Source: Candidatus Omnitrophota bacterium
GTDB lineage: Bacteria > Hinthialibacterota > Hinthialibacteria > OLB16
Length of the DNA stretch: 64,000 bases
Assembly: GCA_020632575.1 (NCBI GenBank)
Contig: JACKFH010000020.1
Coordinates: 2,849 to 66,848 of the forward strand
Direction of reading: 5' to 3'
Shown one piece after another: positions 46,568 to 58,308 of the stretch. The position numbers and the translations under genes were made by a program. Under the pieces are notes generated by a model. That model was given only the letters and a program-made list of their open reading frames with translations, did no database searches and was not told the DNA's origin. Within the stretch, counting starts at the first letter, position 1; each line of letters begins with the position of its first letter.

Positions 46568-48415
46568 TTACTGGGAAAGGACGTACTCCACCAAATCGGC
46601 GATCTGGTCCTGGTTTAAACCCGAGGTTTCGCCGTGTCGGTCGTTGGGGTTATGCCAGGTCAACACATCTTCGATGGTGGCGGCGCGTCCATCGTAAAGG
46701 TAAGGCGCAGTTCGCCAGACCTCGACCAGAGTCGGGGTGTCGAACAGTTGGTTTTCTTCGTTCCCCACACCGGTGCCGACATCGTATTGTTTCAGATCGG
46801 TGAAAAGCGGGGCCGGGTGGCAAACGGTGCATCGAGCTTTTTCGAAGATGGCCTTGCCCCTCTCCGCGGATTCGGACAGCTCGCCATCGACCAGATAAGG
46901 ACTCGGAATGGGCTCGAGCGATTTTAGGTACGCGTCGATTGCCTCGGCATCTGTTTCCGGCCGTACTACGAAGAAGATAAAACGGATTCCCGCTCGGACC
47001 GCTGTTTCGGCGTCCCCACGAATTCCTGTCGACATCGCTGGCGGCGTTTGGTGGGCCAGCAGCATATTCTTCGTGTTCTTCGGATTCCCCATTCCATCGT
47101 TCAATAGGTCCCAGTTCAACCCGTCGACGCGAGCATCCGGGTGACAACTTGAGCAACTTTGCCAATGCTGAAAACAAGCGGTGGCATCGTGGAAAAGCAT
47201 TTCTCCGCGACGAACTTCCGATATTGGAGCGGTGGGCTTCAAAGAAACCGACTTCGCTCGCGGGTGATTATCCGGGTCGATGTCCAAGATTCCGAGGCTA
47301 TCCGTAAAGTATTCCGCCGCGTAGACACGAGACCCGATCACCGCCAACCCTCGTGGCCCCTCTCCCTCCAGTTTCAACCTTCTCCGAATCGAAACCAGGA
47401 AGGCGAGATCGTTGGGAACATCCTCGGGGGAGATCGAAACTTCGGTCACCGGCTCCCCCGAAGTGACCTTCGCAAGTTTCTCGTGCAAGGAGCTCCGATC
47501 AATCACACTCACTTCATGAGTTCCCGCATGGGAGACACAGAGGAAACGGCCATCGGAAGTGCATACGACACCCCAGGGATTCGCGGCGCCGAGGTCGACA
47601 TTGTCGAGAAGGACGGTGTTCAACAATTCCATCTTCTCCAAGTCGATCACGCTGAGTGCGTTCGTGTTCATCCAGCCGCGCTCAAGCTGAGTGGTGGGGA
47701 GGTGGAACCGTCCGAGGATATGGGTCACATAAGCGTATTTTCCATCCGGCGACACACAGGCCCCTCGGAGGGACGTGCTTCCGTTGGGAAGTTGAATGTT
47801 GGCTGAAACGTTATTGGATTGAGTGTCGATCAAAGTCACTTTGGCCGCCACATACTCGCCATCGCCCGGACCCGTAGGGAGGTGGTTGGCGACTACCAGG
47901 ATTGAGCCATCTGGAGTGAGCGCACATGCCACGGGCTCTCTTAAGACGGGAATCGTTGCGAGATTCTGTTTCGTTTCGGTGTCGATCACGGCGACTTCGT
48001 TGTCGAAACGATTGCAGACATACAGATTTGACCCATCGGGACTCAATGCCAAGTCTTGGGGGGTATGACCGACCGGAATACTGTCGATGATTTTAGAATT
48101 CTGTATGTCAATGACCGCCACCTGGTCTTTGGGGGAGGCGGTTGCAACATAAAGACGATTGCCATCGTGAGTGAGAGCAAGGCTTGTTGGTGGGGCGTTC
48201 AGTGGAATCTTTTCCGTAACCGTCTCCGATTCGATATCGAAAATCGCAACCTGTTGGCCGGTGTCCTCGGCAATGTAGAGGGCGCCTCCAGATGGATCGG
48301 CGATCAGGGAAAGGGGTGACGCATAATCGGAAGCCGACCCGGCGCCAAGGTTCCACAATCCAGCCAGCGTGAGGACCATCACCGACCATTTCAATTGTTT
48401 CATCAATCCAACCAT
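46568..48415 (-). CDS. YVTN beta-propeller fused to a di-heme cytochrome-c-peroxidase-like domain (HzsB/HzsC-like architecture)
   Basis: Signal peptide; repeats such as IPVGHTPQDLALSPDGSNLYV; heme motifs CSSCH and CTVCH; FDTPTLVEVWRTAPYLYDGRA. Confidence 0.88.
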   Translation of the reverse strand: MVGLMKQLKWSVMVLTLAGLWNLGAGSASDYASPLSLIADPSGGALYIAEDTGQQVAIFDIESETVTEKIPLNAPPTSLALTHDGNRLYVATASPKDQVAVIDIQNSKIIDSIPVGHTPQDLALSPDGSNLYVCNRFDNEVAVIDTETKQNLATIPVLREPVACALTPDGSILVVANHLPTGPGDGEYVAAKVTLIDTQSNNVSANIQLPNGSTSLRGACVSPDGKYAYVTHILGRFHLPTTQLERGWMNTNALSVIDLEKMELLNTVLLDNVDLGAANPWGVVCTSDGRFLCVSHAGTHEVSVIDRSSLHEKLAKVTSGEPVTEVSISPEDVPNDLAFLVSIRRRLKLEGEGPRGLAVIGSRVYAAEYFTDSLGILDIDPDNHPRAKSVSLKPTAPISEVRRGEMLFHDATACFQHWQSCSSCHPDARVDGLNWDLLNDGMGNPKNTKNMLLAHQTPPAMSTGIRGDAETAVRAGIRFIFFVVRPETDAEAIDAYLKSLEPIPSPYLVDGELSESAERGKAIFEKARCTVCHPAPLFTDLKQYDVGTGVGNEENQLFDTPTLVEVWRTAPYLYDGRAATIEDVLTWHNPNDRHGETSGLNQDQIADLVEYVLSQ

Positions 48416-48449
48416 CGCAAAAAAGTTCTCCTTCTGGAAATTCGTCTTA

Positions 48450-51400
48450 TCAGGGTCGCTCGATAATCGGGGCGTTCATGCAAAGCGGTCGGATGGGAAG
48501 CTCCTCGATACCCGCAAAGTCCGGATCGGGTATGGAGCGGAGGTCCTCCTCGCCACGATAAACACAATTTGCGTCGACCCAAGCAATGAGCCTTCTCAGA
48601 TCGACCGGATCCATCTTCCGACCGAGGTGCTCCTCATCCATGGCGACATCAATAAGCTGACTTGTATATGAAAGATGTTGCAGTGGTCGAAAAGTCTTGT
48701 AACTCTCCGGGTCTCTTTGATCGAAATCCTCGACTAACATCGCGCCAGCGATGCCTCCCATCACCAGTGAGGCATAGGGTTCGTTGAAAACGCCCGTACC
48801 GGGCCGGAAGGTCAAGTCGATTTTTTCCTTGGCTTCTCCTTCGCCTTGGTGACATTCCGCGCAATAGCGGTCCAGAACTGGTTGAACAAACTTTGTGTAG
48901 CTGATGGTCTCCGTTCCCCATGGTGGAGGGGTGAGTTCGGCCGGAGTTTGTTGAGTCATAGTATACGGACGATTGATCGGGGCGCGGCTGTGGCTTTCAT
49001 GACAACCGACACAGCTGCGACGTTCGCCTGGCATCAGCCCGGAAAAAGAGCGCATCGTTTGAAGGGCTCGGTATTGCTCGTCAAGCAATTGGAAATGGAG
49101 CGCTTTCCCTGCAGGAACTTGGAAGTACACAGAGCCATCCGGTTGAACAGGAACAGTTCCAAGAATTCTTTTAACCCCATCCGCCTGAAGAATCGAGACG
49201 ACGGGTCCGGAATACCAGTTGGGGGAGATGTCCCTGGTCCAGGTGGTCGCGGTTTTTGAATCCATTTGGATGACTCGGAGGTGTTTGACCATGCCTTGCG
49301 GAAGGTCGGGAACTCCCTCATAAATGTTGGGACTGAAAAAGATCCCGGGTTGCGGGTCCTGACGATCCGCTCCTGTTCCTGGCCAGGCCACTTGGTCGCT
49401 CTGGGTGAGAGGCTTTTGGCGTGGCCGCACTGGCATCGCGTGCCAGATGTGGTGGGCCCCCTGATAGATTAACTCCCGGTTGCCATGGACATCCATCAGA
49501 TAGAGACGGTACTTCCCGTCTCTTCGGGCGGAAACGAGAAAATCCTCCTCACCTAGGGGGAACGGGGACTTGTAAGCGTCATAAGCCCCCGCTGTGTGAT
49601 AAGACAGAGACTCGATCGGATCCAAAGGCGGCTCGCCACACTCTGGCCAGGGGACATCGGCGGTGATTTTCGTAAGCCCCTCCGGAAAATTGAAACCCTT
49701 GTTCGGATCAACGATGCCGATGCTCCCATCAAACCAGTTGTGATGAGCGGCGCCGGTGAACATGACCCGGTTGCTATTCGGAATTGGACGCGGCTCGACA
49801 AGCATGTCCGGCCAGACACTTTGGTTTCCCCAGAACACGCTGGTGTTGGTTCCATCCTGATTCACTGTCCAAAGACTCTGGATTCGCCAGAGGGCTTTGT
49901 CGGTGTATTCCCAGCGGGTGTAGATGACACGCCCGTCATTGAGAAGAGTCGGCAGCCAGTCCGGTTCGTTCCCATGACTGACCAGATAAATGTTGTCGCC
50001 GTCAGGATCGCATCGCGCCAGCACATAGGCGTAAGTGTATGGCATGCACCGGATGTAAGTGTTGCAGCGAGATGTCGAGAACATGATGTGGCCATCGGGG
50101 AGATAGATCGGATCGAGATCGTCGTAATCGCCAAATGTTAGCTGTTTAAGGCCGGTCCCATCGATGTTGATTTCGTAGAGATGGAACGATTTTTCATCGT
50201 GCGGCTTGAAGGAGGCGAGAACCCGTGTGGCGTCGAAGGAGAGATCGGGGCGCCAAAAACTCCCCGGTTTCTCCGGCATGAGTTTGCGGATGGTTCCGCC
50301 GGGATGAAGCCCCTTCAATACAAGGAGCCTCCCTCCGGGGACCGCCATCATCCCATTCCGGTGGCGAGCCTCATGGGGCCATTCCGCCCCTTCGGGGTAG
50401 GGGTTGTCAATGAAGAGGATCTCATCGAAATCGATCAGTGGGTTTTTGAACGCAATCTCTCGCTTGACTCGGCGGACCGCGAGGTAAAGGTCTTTTGAAT
50501 CGTGTTGGCCTAAGGTCAGTTGCGATTGCAGGCGTTCCAATCGATCGAGTTCATCCGACAGATCGGGAAGCTGGGACATCTTTCCAATCCGTGAAGCGAG
50601 GTCTCGCGCCCACCCGATTTCTTGCTGAGTCCGGTCATCCCAGTTCTTCCCCTCAGATTGGAACAGCCAATCTTCTTCTAGAACCAGGGTGGCTTCCTCT
50701 TTGGTCAAGGTCCGTGTTTCAGGCTCGGTCGGTTCGACATGGAGGGCGGGGGGATGCGGGATCGAGGCTCGTGTCAATTTCTGTTTGAGACGCTCGGGTT
50801 CGGAGAAGGATGGCCACTCCTCAAAGGGGAGGCCGGATCCCTTTCGTAGCCGGCTCTCGGAAGCCCAGACCCCGGAATAACCGAAGCTCGGCCGCTCGAC
50901 CGCGGTCATGCTCACGCACGCTCCCGTGGGTCCATCCACCACGAGCACACCTTTCAGAGCCGGGTCCAAAACGCTGTAATCGTTATCGGAATCATGGGCG
51001 GATTCGAGATTGGAGTAGACGCTCAGGCGAACATCCCTCAAGGTGACTTGAGAAGAGTTGGTGAGTGAGAACTCGATCCGCGCATCGGTTCCCTTCCCCA
51101 TTCTTGCGACAATTTGGAGAGTGAGTTGTTCATCCTGGTTTGCAGTTGGACGGAAATCTCTGTCTCGGACAGTTTTTGGAGAGGTTTCTGATTTGAAGGT
51201 TCTCAATGGTTCGAGGATCCTTGATTGAGATAACCGCCAGCTGGGGTTCGCCGTTATCGTAGTTGATCGAATAGCTGAATCGGCTGAGTTGTCCACCTTT
51301 GGGGGAGTTCAGCGCCTGACGGTTTCCCTCCCAGAAGAAGGCGCCCCACTCGTTCAGAGCAAGGTCGGTGATGCCATTGTCGATCCAACGAGTTCCCGGT

Positions 51401-51696
51401 GAACCTCGTTCTTCAACGCTCTCTTCGGACGCCGATGATGTTGAGGCTTCCTTCGTCGCTTCTTGGATAAGCGAAAGGAGTTTATCTCTCGATTCAGCGT
51501 AAGCGAACAAAACCGTCCTGTTCATCTCTTCGCCTGGCGCTAGTTGATCGATTTGCCAAGTCAGGATCCCGTCAGTGTTACCGAGCGATTCCAGCCCCTC
51601 TTGAACCGTTAATCCCGCGTGAAGGGCGCTCCCACCATAGAATAATAGGAATGCGAATCCCCCAACGAGGATGGTTCGGATGTGTGCTCTGATCAT
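48450..51696 (-). CDS. HzsA-like protein (propeller, hydrazine-synthase-alpha middle domain, two CxxCH), split by one frameshift near 51170-51200
   Basis: ORF 51130-51696 carries the signal peptide; ORF 48450-51296 carries LTFGDYDDLDPIYLPDG, LGTVPVQPDGSVYFQVPAG, CVGCH, CAECH. Confidence 0.8.
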
Positions 51697-51718
51697 GATG
51701 AATGATTCTCCCGGCTTT

Positions 51719-54700
51719 TCATTCGAGACTCGACACCCGAGTTCCCAAATGTTTCCTCAGTGTCCGGTCCACATAGTCCGGCCAGAGTGGGCAGTTCATG
51801 TCGATCCAGGTCTTGAAGCGACGCACCTCGTCAGTGGTCAGTTTGACTTCGTAGTGGCCCGCGTTCAGAACATCCCAGACTTTGCTCTTGACTGTTCCGA
51901 ATGTGAGGGGTTCCAGCTTTTCGCAGCCGCCTGAATTCCATCCGCAATCGCAATAGTGGACCCAGCCCTGGGAGACCAGGGTTCGGTAGGAGGCGGGAAT
52001 TCCATGTTCGTCCTGTTGTCCCGAAAGGTTCAGAGTCTCCCTTGTCTTGGCGTTGTGGCAAGAAACACAGTGCTTTTCGAGAACAGGTTGAACAATCTCC
52101 TGATAAGAAAACGGTTTTCCGCCCCAAGAGGGTGTGTCGAGTTCACGGGGGCCGCTTGCCAAGGGTTTGCGGAGGTTGGGGAGCCATCTGACGGTGTTCG
52201 TGACATCCGATGCAACTTCTTTTCTCACCGGGTTGTAGCTGGACCACGCTGCGCATCCGCTGAATCTCATTGAAATTCTCATCCAGGATTTCGAAGTACA
52301 AAACCTTTCCGGCGGGGGCATAGAAATGCGCGAGCCATCTTCTTCGACTGGAACGATTCCGAGCGGGCTTTGGCGACATAAGTGGGCCATCCGGCGGGAC
52401 CGCTCACCAAGTCGACCGGTGACACATAGAAATTCATAAAAGGCTCATGGTCGTTTCGATAAGCCCCGTTGGACAGTTGTTCGAGTTCATCCTTGACCTC
52501 TTCAACGACGCGGAGGTATTTGACCGTTCCTCTTTCGACAGCATGGTCGACTCCTTCGTAAACATCGGTCAGAAAGAACTCGCCTTGGTCGCTCGCGGAC
52601 TCCACTCGATCGGCGATCAAGGGGCTGCGGATCCTCATGATGGAAAAGGGTCGGGCAGACCGAGGAAATTTCCGGGTCGAGGTGGAGGACCTCACGATTC
52701 CCATAACGGTCGATCACATAGATCCCAAAACGTTTACGGGGAGCATGCGAGCAAAGGAAATAATCCTTGGCAACCGGAACCGGGTCACGGAAACATTCCT
52801 CTTTGGGAGGCGCACCCGGCCAAGGAACCTCGGGAGTCAAGCAGGTGATCGCTTCCGGATTGAACCGTCCCTTGTCGATGTCCACGAGAGCGATGGGACC
52901 ATTGAGGTCGCGAAATGAGAGATGAACGTGCAGCAAATCTCGTTGGTCTCCGGAACTTCCTGACCGTTTGCATAACCATTCGGCTGGATGATGTCGTTTC
53001 CAAAACCAGTTCCGGTTTCGTGCCATCGGGACGGATGCTCCAGAGGGTGTGCCCGAAATCGGCCCCTTGTCCTGGTACTCGAGCGGGTCCAGATGATTCG
53101 GCCATCGTTCATCACCGATGGGGCCCACTCGGTCAGGTTCGCGTAGGAGAGCGGGCGGATGCCTGTGCCGTCCGTGTTCATCCGGAACAGCACCGCAGCC
53201 TGCGGACGCCAGCAGAGGAACCGTTCCTTGCATCGGGTGGTGATGAACGCGAGGCCACCATCCGGCAAAGGGCATGGCCAGTAATCGTGGAAGGGACCAT
53301 CGGTCAATTTCCTCAGAGACCCGCCATCGGGATCCATGACCATGATGTGATAATAACCTCTTCGGAGGGCGGTAGGCGAAGTAGATTTGCGACAGGTCGG
53401 GGTTGGCCATCGGTGTCCGTGCGATCCCTCCCGGCTTCGAAGAGAGTCTTTACTTGAGCGCGCCCGGATCCAAACGGCCAGAGTTTGAGGGAATCTCCAA
53501 TAGGTGAATGCCTCCTCCGGGACGAAATCGTGCATCCAAATTGACGCTGTAGTTATGGGAGGGTTCAAAGGGGTGACGCTTGGCGAATAAGATCCTTTGC
53601 ATACGGGAGAGCTCCGGGTCTTTGAAAAAAAGATTCCTCTTGGCGCGGCGAACCTCGAAGAAGAAATCACGTCCCGCGCGAGAGTTCTGAAGGTTCAATG
53701 ATCCGAATCGTGAGTGTTTTTCCCGGAAGGCGCTCAACAATTCGCGTTCGCCTTGAATGTTGACCCCCTTGGATGCGAGTCGTTCGATCATTTCTTCCAT
53801 CAGATTTAGTGAACGTTTGGCGGGATCGTAGTGGAAGAGATGGAGTGAATAATCTTTGCCGTCTTCCTGGACATGGAGATCATATTCAGGCCCGATGGCG
53901 CCTTCCTGTGGAGCAATGGAGAGGATTCTCAATTCTCCCGGAGCCAATGTGAGTCCATCTTTAAGGTCAGCGGTGTTTCCTTTGAACTGAATCTCTTCGG
54001 TGGACGAAGCGACCAGACGGATCTGAAACCGACCGTTCTGATCATCTTCGATCTGTCCCATCGCAAAGTTTGAAAAAAACAAGTTAATGGGTCGGCCCGT
54101 GGGGCTCGTGTGTTTGCCACCCATGCCAAGACCCATGCGGATGCCCTTTGCCGTGCATTCGGGAATGAGGTTGAGCGGAATCTTTATTTCAAAGGCGGTC
54201 AGGTAATCGTCATAACCTCCCTCAAGCGGGGTCGTTTCCACGACATTTCCATTGCCATCGTAGGTGAGAAAAGCAAGTTCTTCTTTTTGGTAGGCGACCA
54301 CTCCGATCCCATCGCCATCGGAATTCGAGATCACGGCGAGGTGACTAGAGAGCAATCGGTCAATCCTCAGGAACAAGAACAAATTGCCGTCATGTCGGCC
54401 CGCATAAAGCATGTGTTCGACACAGGGAGACTGATTGAATCCAGCCATGTGAGCCACTCTAACCACGCCTCTCGAAGATCGCTCCCAGCATTCATCATCT
54501 GGGCTTCCATCAAGGATTGGCGCCGACTCCAGATTTGGAAGTGGAATGGTGTCATCGCCACGGTGTCTTGGGTATTCCTTGACTCGGCCGTTGTAAGGGA
54601 CCAGCTCGGAACTCAGGTCGGCGCGTCCGTGGGTTTTCAACCAAGCGTGTTCCTCTCCGAGGAAGGCATAACGTAGGAGCGAATCCTCATCCCGGATAGT

Positions 54701-55345
54701 CGATTCCAGCGTGGGAGTCTCAGTGTCTTCTTTCGAAGGCGGAGGCGGAACAGGTATTTTGCTGGGACCCGCGGAAGATGGTGCGGGAGAACGGACTTTG
54801 CGAACCGATTTCCATTCCCGACCATCGATGGATAGCAGGATTTCGAAACCGATCGGCGTCCGATCCCGATAGACTCCAGTCCGGTCGCGGGAGAAGACAA
54901 CTTCTTCGATGAGAGTGGCTTCGGGAAGTTCTATCTGAGCCCACTCATCAACCGTCCCAGCGGCGATCCAACTGTGACCGTTGCCGACCTGCCCATCATT
55001 CAGGTGGGGGATGCGATGAATGGCGTGTCCAGGAAGGCAGGAGGAGGCGGTCGCTTCGGATCCCGCCGTCGCCAGGGCCAAGTTTGTCTCCTTATCCTCG
55101 CCATAGAGTTCAATTTCATCGATGCAAGGCTCTCCGCCATTGGTGGAGGTGATCAGAAACCTGATGAATTTCGCTTCCAGTTGAGGGAAGGTGATGACAT
55201 TGGCCTTGTCGGGATGGACGGAGAGGGTGTCCACTCCGAATGCGCCGGTCAACGCCAGAAAGATGACCAGAGATCCAACCAAACTCATCGCATTCGTGTG
55301 TTTCCTCATCTGCGTCGGACTCACTCTTTTAACATGTCCCGCCAT
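51719..55345 (-). pseudogene. HzsA-like protein with N-terminal discoidin (F5/8 type C) domain; about ten frameshifts in 52140-53470 (pseudogene or sequence error)
   Basis: Conserved motifs (MANPDLS, GYYHIMVMDPDG, DFGHTLWS, GIVPVEEDG, CIGCH, CVSCH) are spread over alternating frames. Confidence 0.8.
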
Positions 55346-58149
55346 TTGTGGCGCATAGCCACCAATTCGTTTTCCTGCTCGGGGCTGAAGGATCCAGCTC
55401 GTTGCGCGTAGGTGTCGATCCAGACAATGAATCGCTCGAGGCTTTCGTCATCCAGAAAGACTCCTTCATGACCCTCAGGATCCATGACCATTGAGAGCAA
55501 GGCGCTTGTTCTGGCGGCCCCCTCGCCGGCTATCGAGCGCCCCTCCAGATAGCGGTTTTTGACATGGTCGTTCAGGCTGGGAGTTCCGAAATTCACCAGC
55601 GAATCGTAAGCGCTGGCGGAGGCTAGGTTAAAAGACGCCGCCTTGGGATCCTCTCCTTCCTGATTGTGACAACTCACGCAATGTTGATCGAGGACGGGTT
55701 GAATCAACCGATCGAACCGGAGTGGCCAAGAGCCTTCCGGTCCCGGTTCGATCTTCGAGGGCACCCGCAATGAAGCGAGCGCTTGCTTCACTGGGGGCGC
55801 CTTGAGACGCGGTTCGTGGCAACCAATGCAACTCAGAGTTTGCCCGGGTTGGACATGAGTGGTGGTCCTCATCGTTTGAATCGCCATTCCCTGCCGGTCC
55901 AAAACCTGAAAGAAAACGATGACTCCGGCGGGAACTTCGAAGTAAGCGGAACCATCCTTCTCGACAGGGACTGTCCCCAGGACGCATTTACCCGGATCGT
56001 CCTTGGTGATCCCCAACTTGGGCGAGTCCATCGTGGGCTGCGTTTTCGCGGGAACGGCAACCACCCGAAGGTTTTGGATCTCCCCTTCCTCTACATTCGG
56101 CAATCCGGAGTAAACATCGGAAATGAGGAATCTCCCCTTCATGTCCGAGTTCGGCCCGGAGCCACTCGCAAGGACTGGCGGGGTTTCGCGGGGACGAATC
56201 GGGATGGGGCACTCGGAACCGATCTCCGGGTCTCGGTGAAGGAGTTCCATGTTCCCTTCCGCGTCGAAAAGATACAGTCCCATTCCGTTGGGAGAACGGA
56301 GTTGCCCCTCACGGACTACTCGCTCTCGCGCCCAGGAAACCAAGTAGTAGCGCTCGGAAAGCGGCCATGGGCTCGCGTAGAAAGAGTCCGGCCAGTCTTC
56401 GATTTCGGGGAACGGAACCTCCGGGGTTAAACGGGTGATGGGGTCATCGCCCTCGGTTCCCACCGAGGGATCGAGAAGGACCAAACTGCCCATCGTTTGG
56501 GCATGGTGACCGGATGCGGTGAAGATGATTTTTTCTGAGCCCGGAATCGATCGGGGTTCGAATGTGCAATGCGGGGCCCGGGTAAAATTGCCGTAGACAA
56601 TCCGGGCGTTGGAGCCATCGGGGTTCGTCCTCCACAACCCCATGTAGGGCATGTTGTAACGGTCGACATAATCCCAGCGCGAGTAGAGCAGAGTCCCGTC
56701 ATTGGCCACGCTCGGGGTCCATTCAAAGTTTTCAAATGGAGAAATGGCGCATAGGTTGCCGCCATCCGGATCCATGGCGTGGAGTGTGTAGACCGCGACC
56801 GGCCGCTGGGGGCCACCGCCGCAACGGACGTAACTGTCGGGCAGGTCTGGAGTCTCAAGCGTTTTTTGGGCGCTATCATAACCGCACTGAAGAGACTGCC
56901 CTCTGCGTGTGGAAAGAAAAACGATTCTGCCGTCGGGGAGATACCTGCCATCAAAGTTGTCATACTTTCCATGGGTGAGCTGACGCGGATTGGAGCCATC
57001 GAGATCCATCTCGTAGAGGTGGTAGAAGGCGTCTTCGGGGATGTTGTCTTTGTTCAGTTTATCTGGCTCATCGGCGAGTCCCGGATATTGCTTGCACCAG
57101 GCGAAGAGGACTTTGTTCGCGTCGTAAGAAAGCATCGGCCTTAGGAAACTTCCCGACTCGGTGAACCTCTCACTGATACACTCGACCCTCGGGGAGTCAC
57201 TCTGGAAATCCCGGAGAATGTAGAGGCCGCCGCCGGGGCGCGACCACCAACCATAGTATTGATCGGACATGTGGCTGTAACTGCCCGGCACACGTTTCAC
57301 AAAGAGGATCGAATCGAAATCGAGCAAGGGATTCCGAAGGGTCAGGGATCGTTGAAGCCAAAGGGCCGCAAAGTAGTCTTTTTCTCCCACCTCCCTCGGA
57401 GGTTCGGCGTCCAACTTCGCTTGCATCTCCTCGACCTCAAACAGATCTTGGCCGACATCCAGGCCAGATTCTTTGAGGTCGGCAACCAAGCCCCGCGAGT
57501 GAACGAGAATCTCCACGACACGTTTTCGCCAATCGATTGATTGTACGGAGTCTTTTCCGGCCGACCACTGAGAGATCGAACTCTGGTTGGCGGGCTGGTT
57601 CAGCGCCAGGTTCTTGGCAGGTTCATGGGGACCGAAAACCTCGATCTCATCCAGGTGCAGAAAATCGTTATCCTGAAGCTGAATTCGAACGAACCGGGTT
57701 TCTATCTCATTGATCTCGACTTCGAGTGGCTGGTTATCGCTGAAGCCATAGAACTTTGTTCCGTCGTGGTAATAAACGGTTTTCCATTCTTTGCCGTCCT
57801 CGGACAAAAGGACCATGAGACGGAAAGCGCGTGGCGCCACGCCATCGCAGCGGTTCCAGATGACAACCCTGGAAACAGGTTGAACCTCACCAAGGTCGAC
57901 TTGCCACCAAGGCCTGCCCTGCCTGTCCGTGTGAAATCCCCAGCCGCCATCGACGATTCCATCGCAGCCACCGGCAGCGTCGGATCGGGTGCTGGTTCCC
58001 AGATTTTCCCTGAGTAGCCAGTCGTTCTCGACCTGATTACGGAACAATAGGTCCCTCTCGTTTGGAGAAGCCCAAGCGAATAGGGCGAAGAAAACGGCCC
58101 CGTATAAAAAATAAAATGGTACTATTTTATGATTAATAGGGTGCATCAT
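55321..58149 (-). CDS. Intact HzsA-like protein with N-terminal discoidin domain and two CxxCH
   Basis: WWQVDLGEVQPVSRVVIWNR, LTHGKYDNFDGRYLPDG, SRWDYVDR, LGTVPVEKDGSAYFEVPAG, CIGCH, CVSCH. Confidence 0.9.
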   Translation of the reverse strand: MMHPINHKIVPFYFLYGAVFFALFAWASPNERDLLFRNQVENDWLLRENLGTSTRSDAAGGCDGIVDGGWGFHTDRQGRPWWQVDLGEVQPVSRVVIWNRCDGVAPRAFRLMVLLSEDGKEWKTVYYHDGTKFYGFSDNQPLEVEINEIETRFVRIQLQDNDFLHLDEIEVFGPHEPAKNLALNQPANQSSISQWSAGKDSVQSIDWRKRVVEILVHSRGLVADLKESGLDVGQDLFEVEEMQAKLDAEPPREVGEKDYFAALWLQRSLTLRNPLLDFDSILFVKRVPGSYSHMSDQYYGWWSRPGGGLYILRDFQSDSPRVECISERFTESGSFLRPMLSYDANKVLFAWCKQYPGLADEPDKLNKDNIPEDAFYHLYEMDLDGSNPRQLTHGKYDNFDGRYLPDGRIVFLSTRRGQSLQCGYDSAQKTLETPDLPDSYVRCGGGPQRPVAVYTLHAMDPDGGNLCAISPFENFEWTPSVANDGTLLYSRWDYVDRYNMPYMGLWRTNPDGSNARIVYGNFTRAPHCTFEPRSIPGSEKIIFTASGHHAQTMGSLVLLDPSVGTEGDDPITRLTPEVPFPEIEDWPDSFYASPWPLSERYYLVSWARERVVREGQLRSPNGMGLYLFDAEGNMELLHRDPEIGSECPIPIRPRETPPVLASGSGPNSDMKGRFLISDVYSGLPNVEEGEIQNLRVVAVPAKTQPTMDSPKLGITKDDPGKCVLGTVPVEKDGSAYFEVPAGVIVFFQVLDRQGMAIQTMRTTTHVQPGQTLSCIGCHEPRLKAPPVKQALASLRVPSKIEPGPEGSWPLRFDRLIQPVLDQHCVSCHNQEGEDPKAASFNLASASAYDSLVNFGTPSLNDHVKNRYLEGRSIAGEGAARTSALLSMVMDPEGHEGVFLDDESLERFIVWIDTYAQRAGSFSPEQENELVAMRHKWRDMLKE

Positions 58150-58308
58150 CCCGCCTCCTCAAACCAAGACCAAGCCGATTTTCAGCCTTTTTTGCGGTCT
58201 CGGCTACCCCATTTCTTTCGCGTTTCTAGCTCGCAGGTTGGAGGAATCGAGTTCTTCTTCTAAACCGGGGCCATGAGGACTGTTGATTCCATTGACCTTC
58301 TCGGCATC

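Noticed and set aside
52140-53470. Programmed ribosomal frameshifting
   Set aside because: About ten shifts in both directions are incompatible with programmed recoding.
46568-58149. Calling the organism anammox or naming the genes hzsA/hzsB/hzsC
   Set aside because: Only domain architecture is shared. There are added discoidin domains, a glycan context and no hao/hdh in the window, so orthology is unproven.
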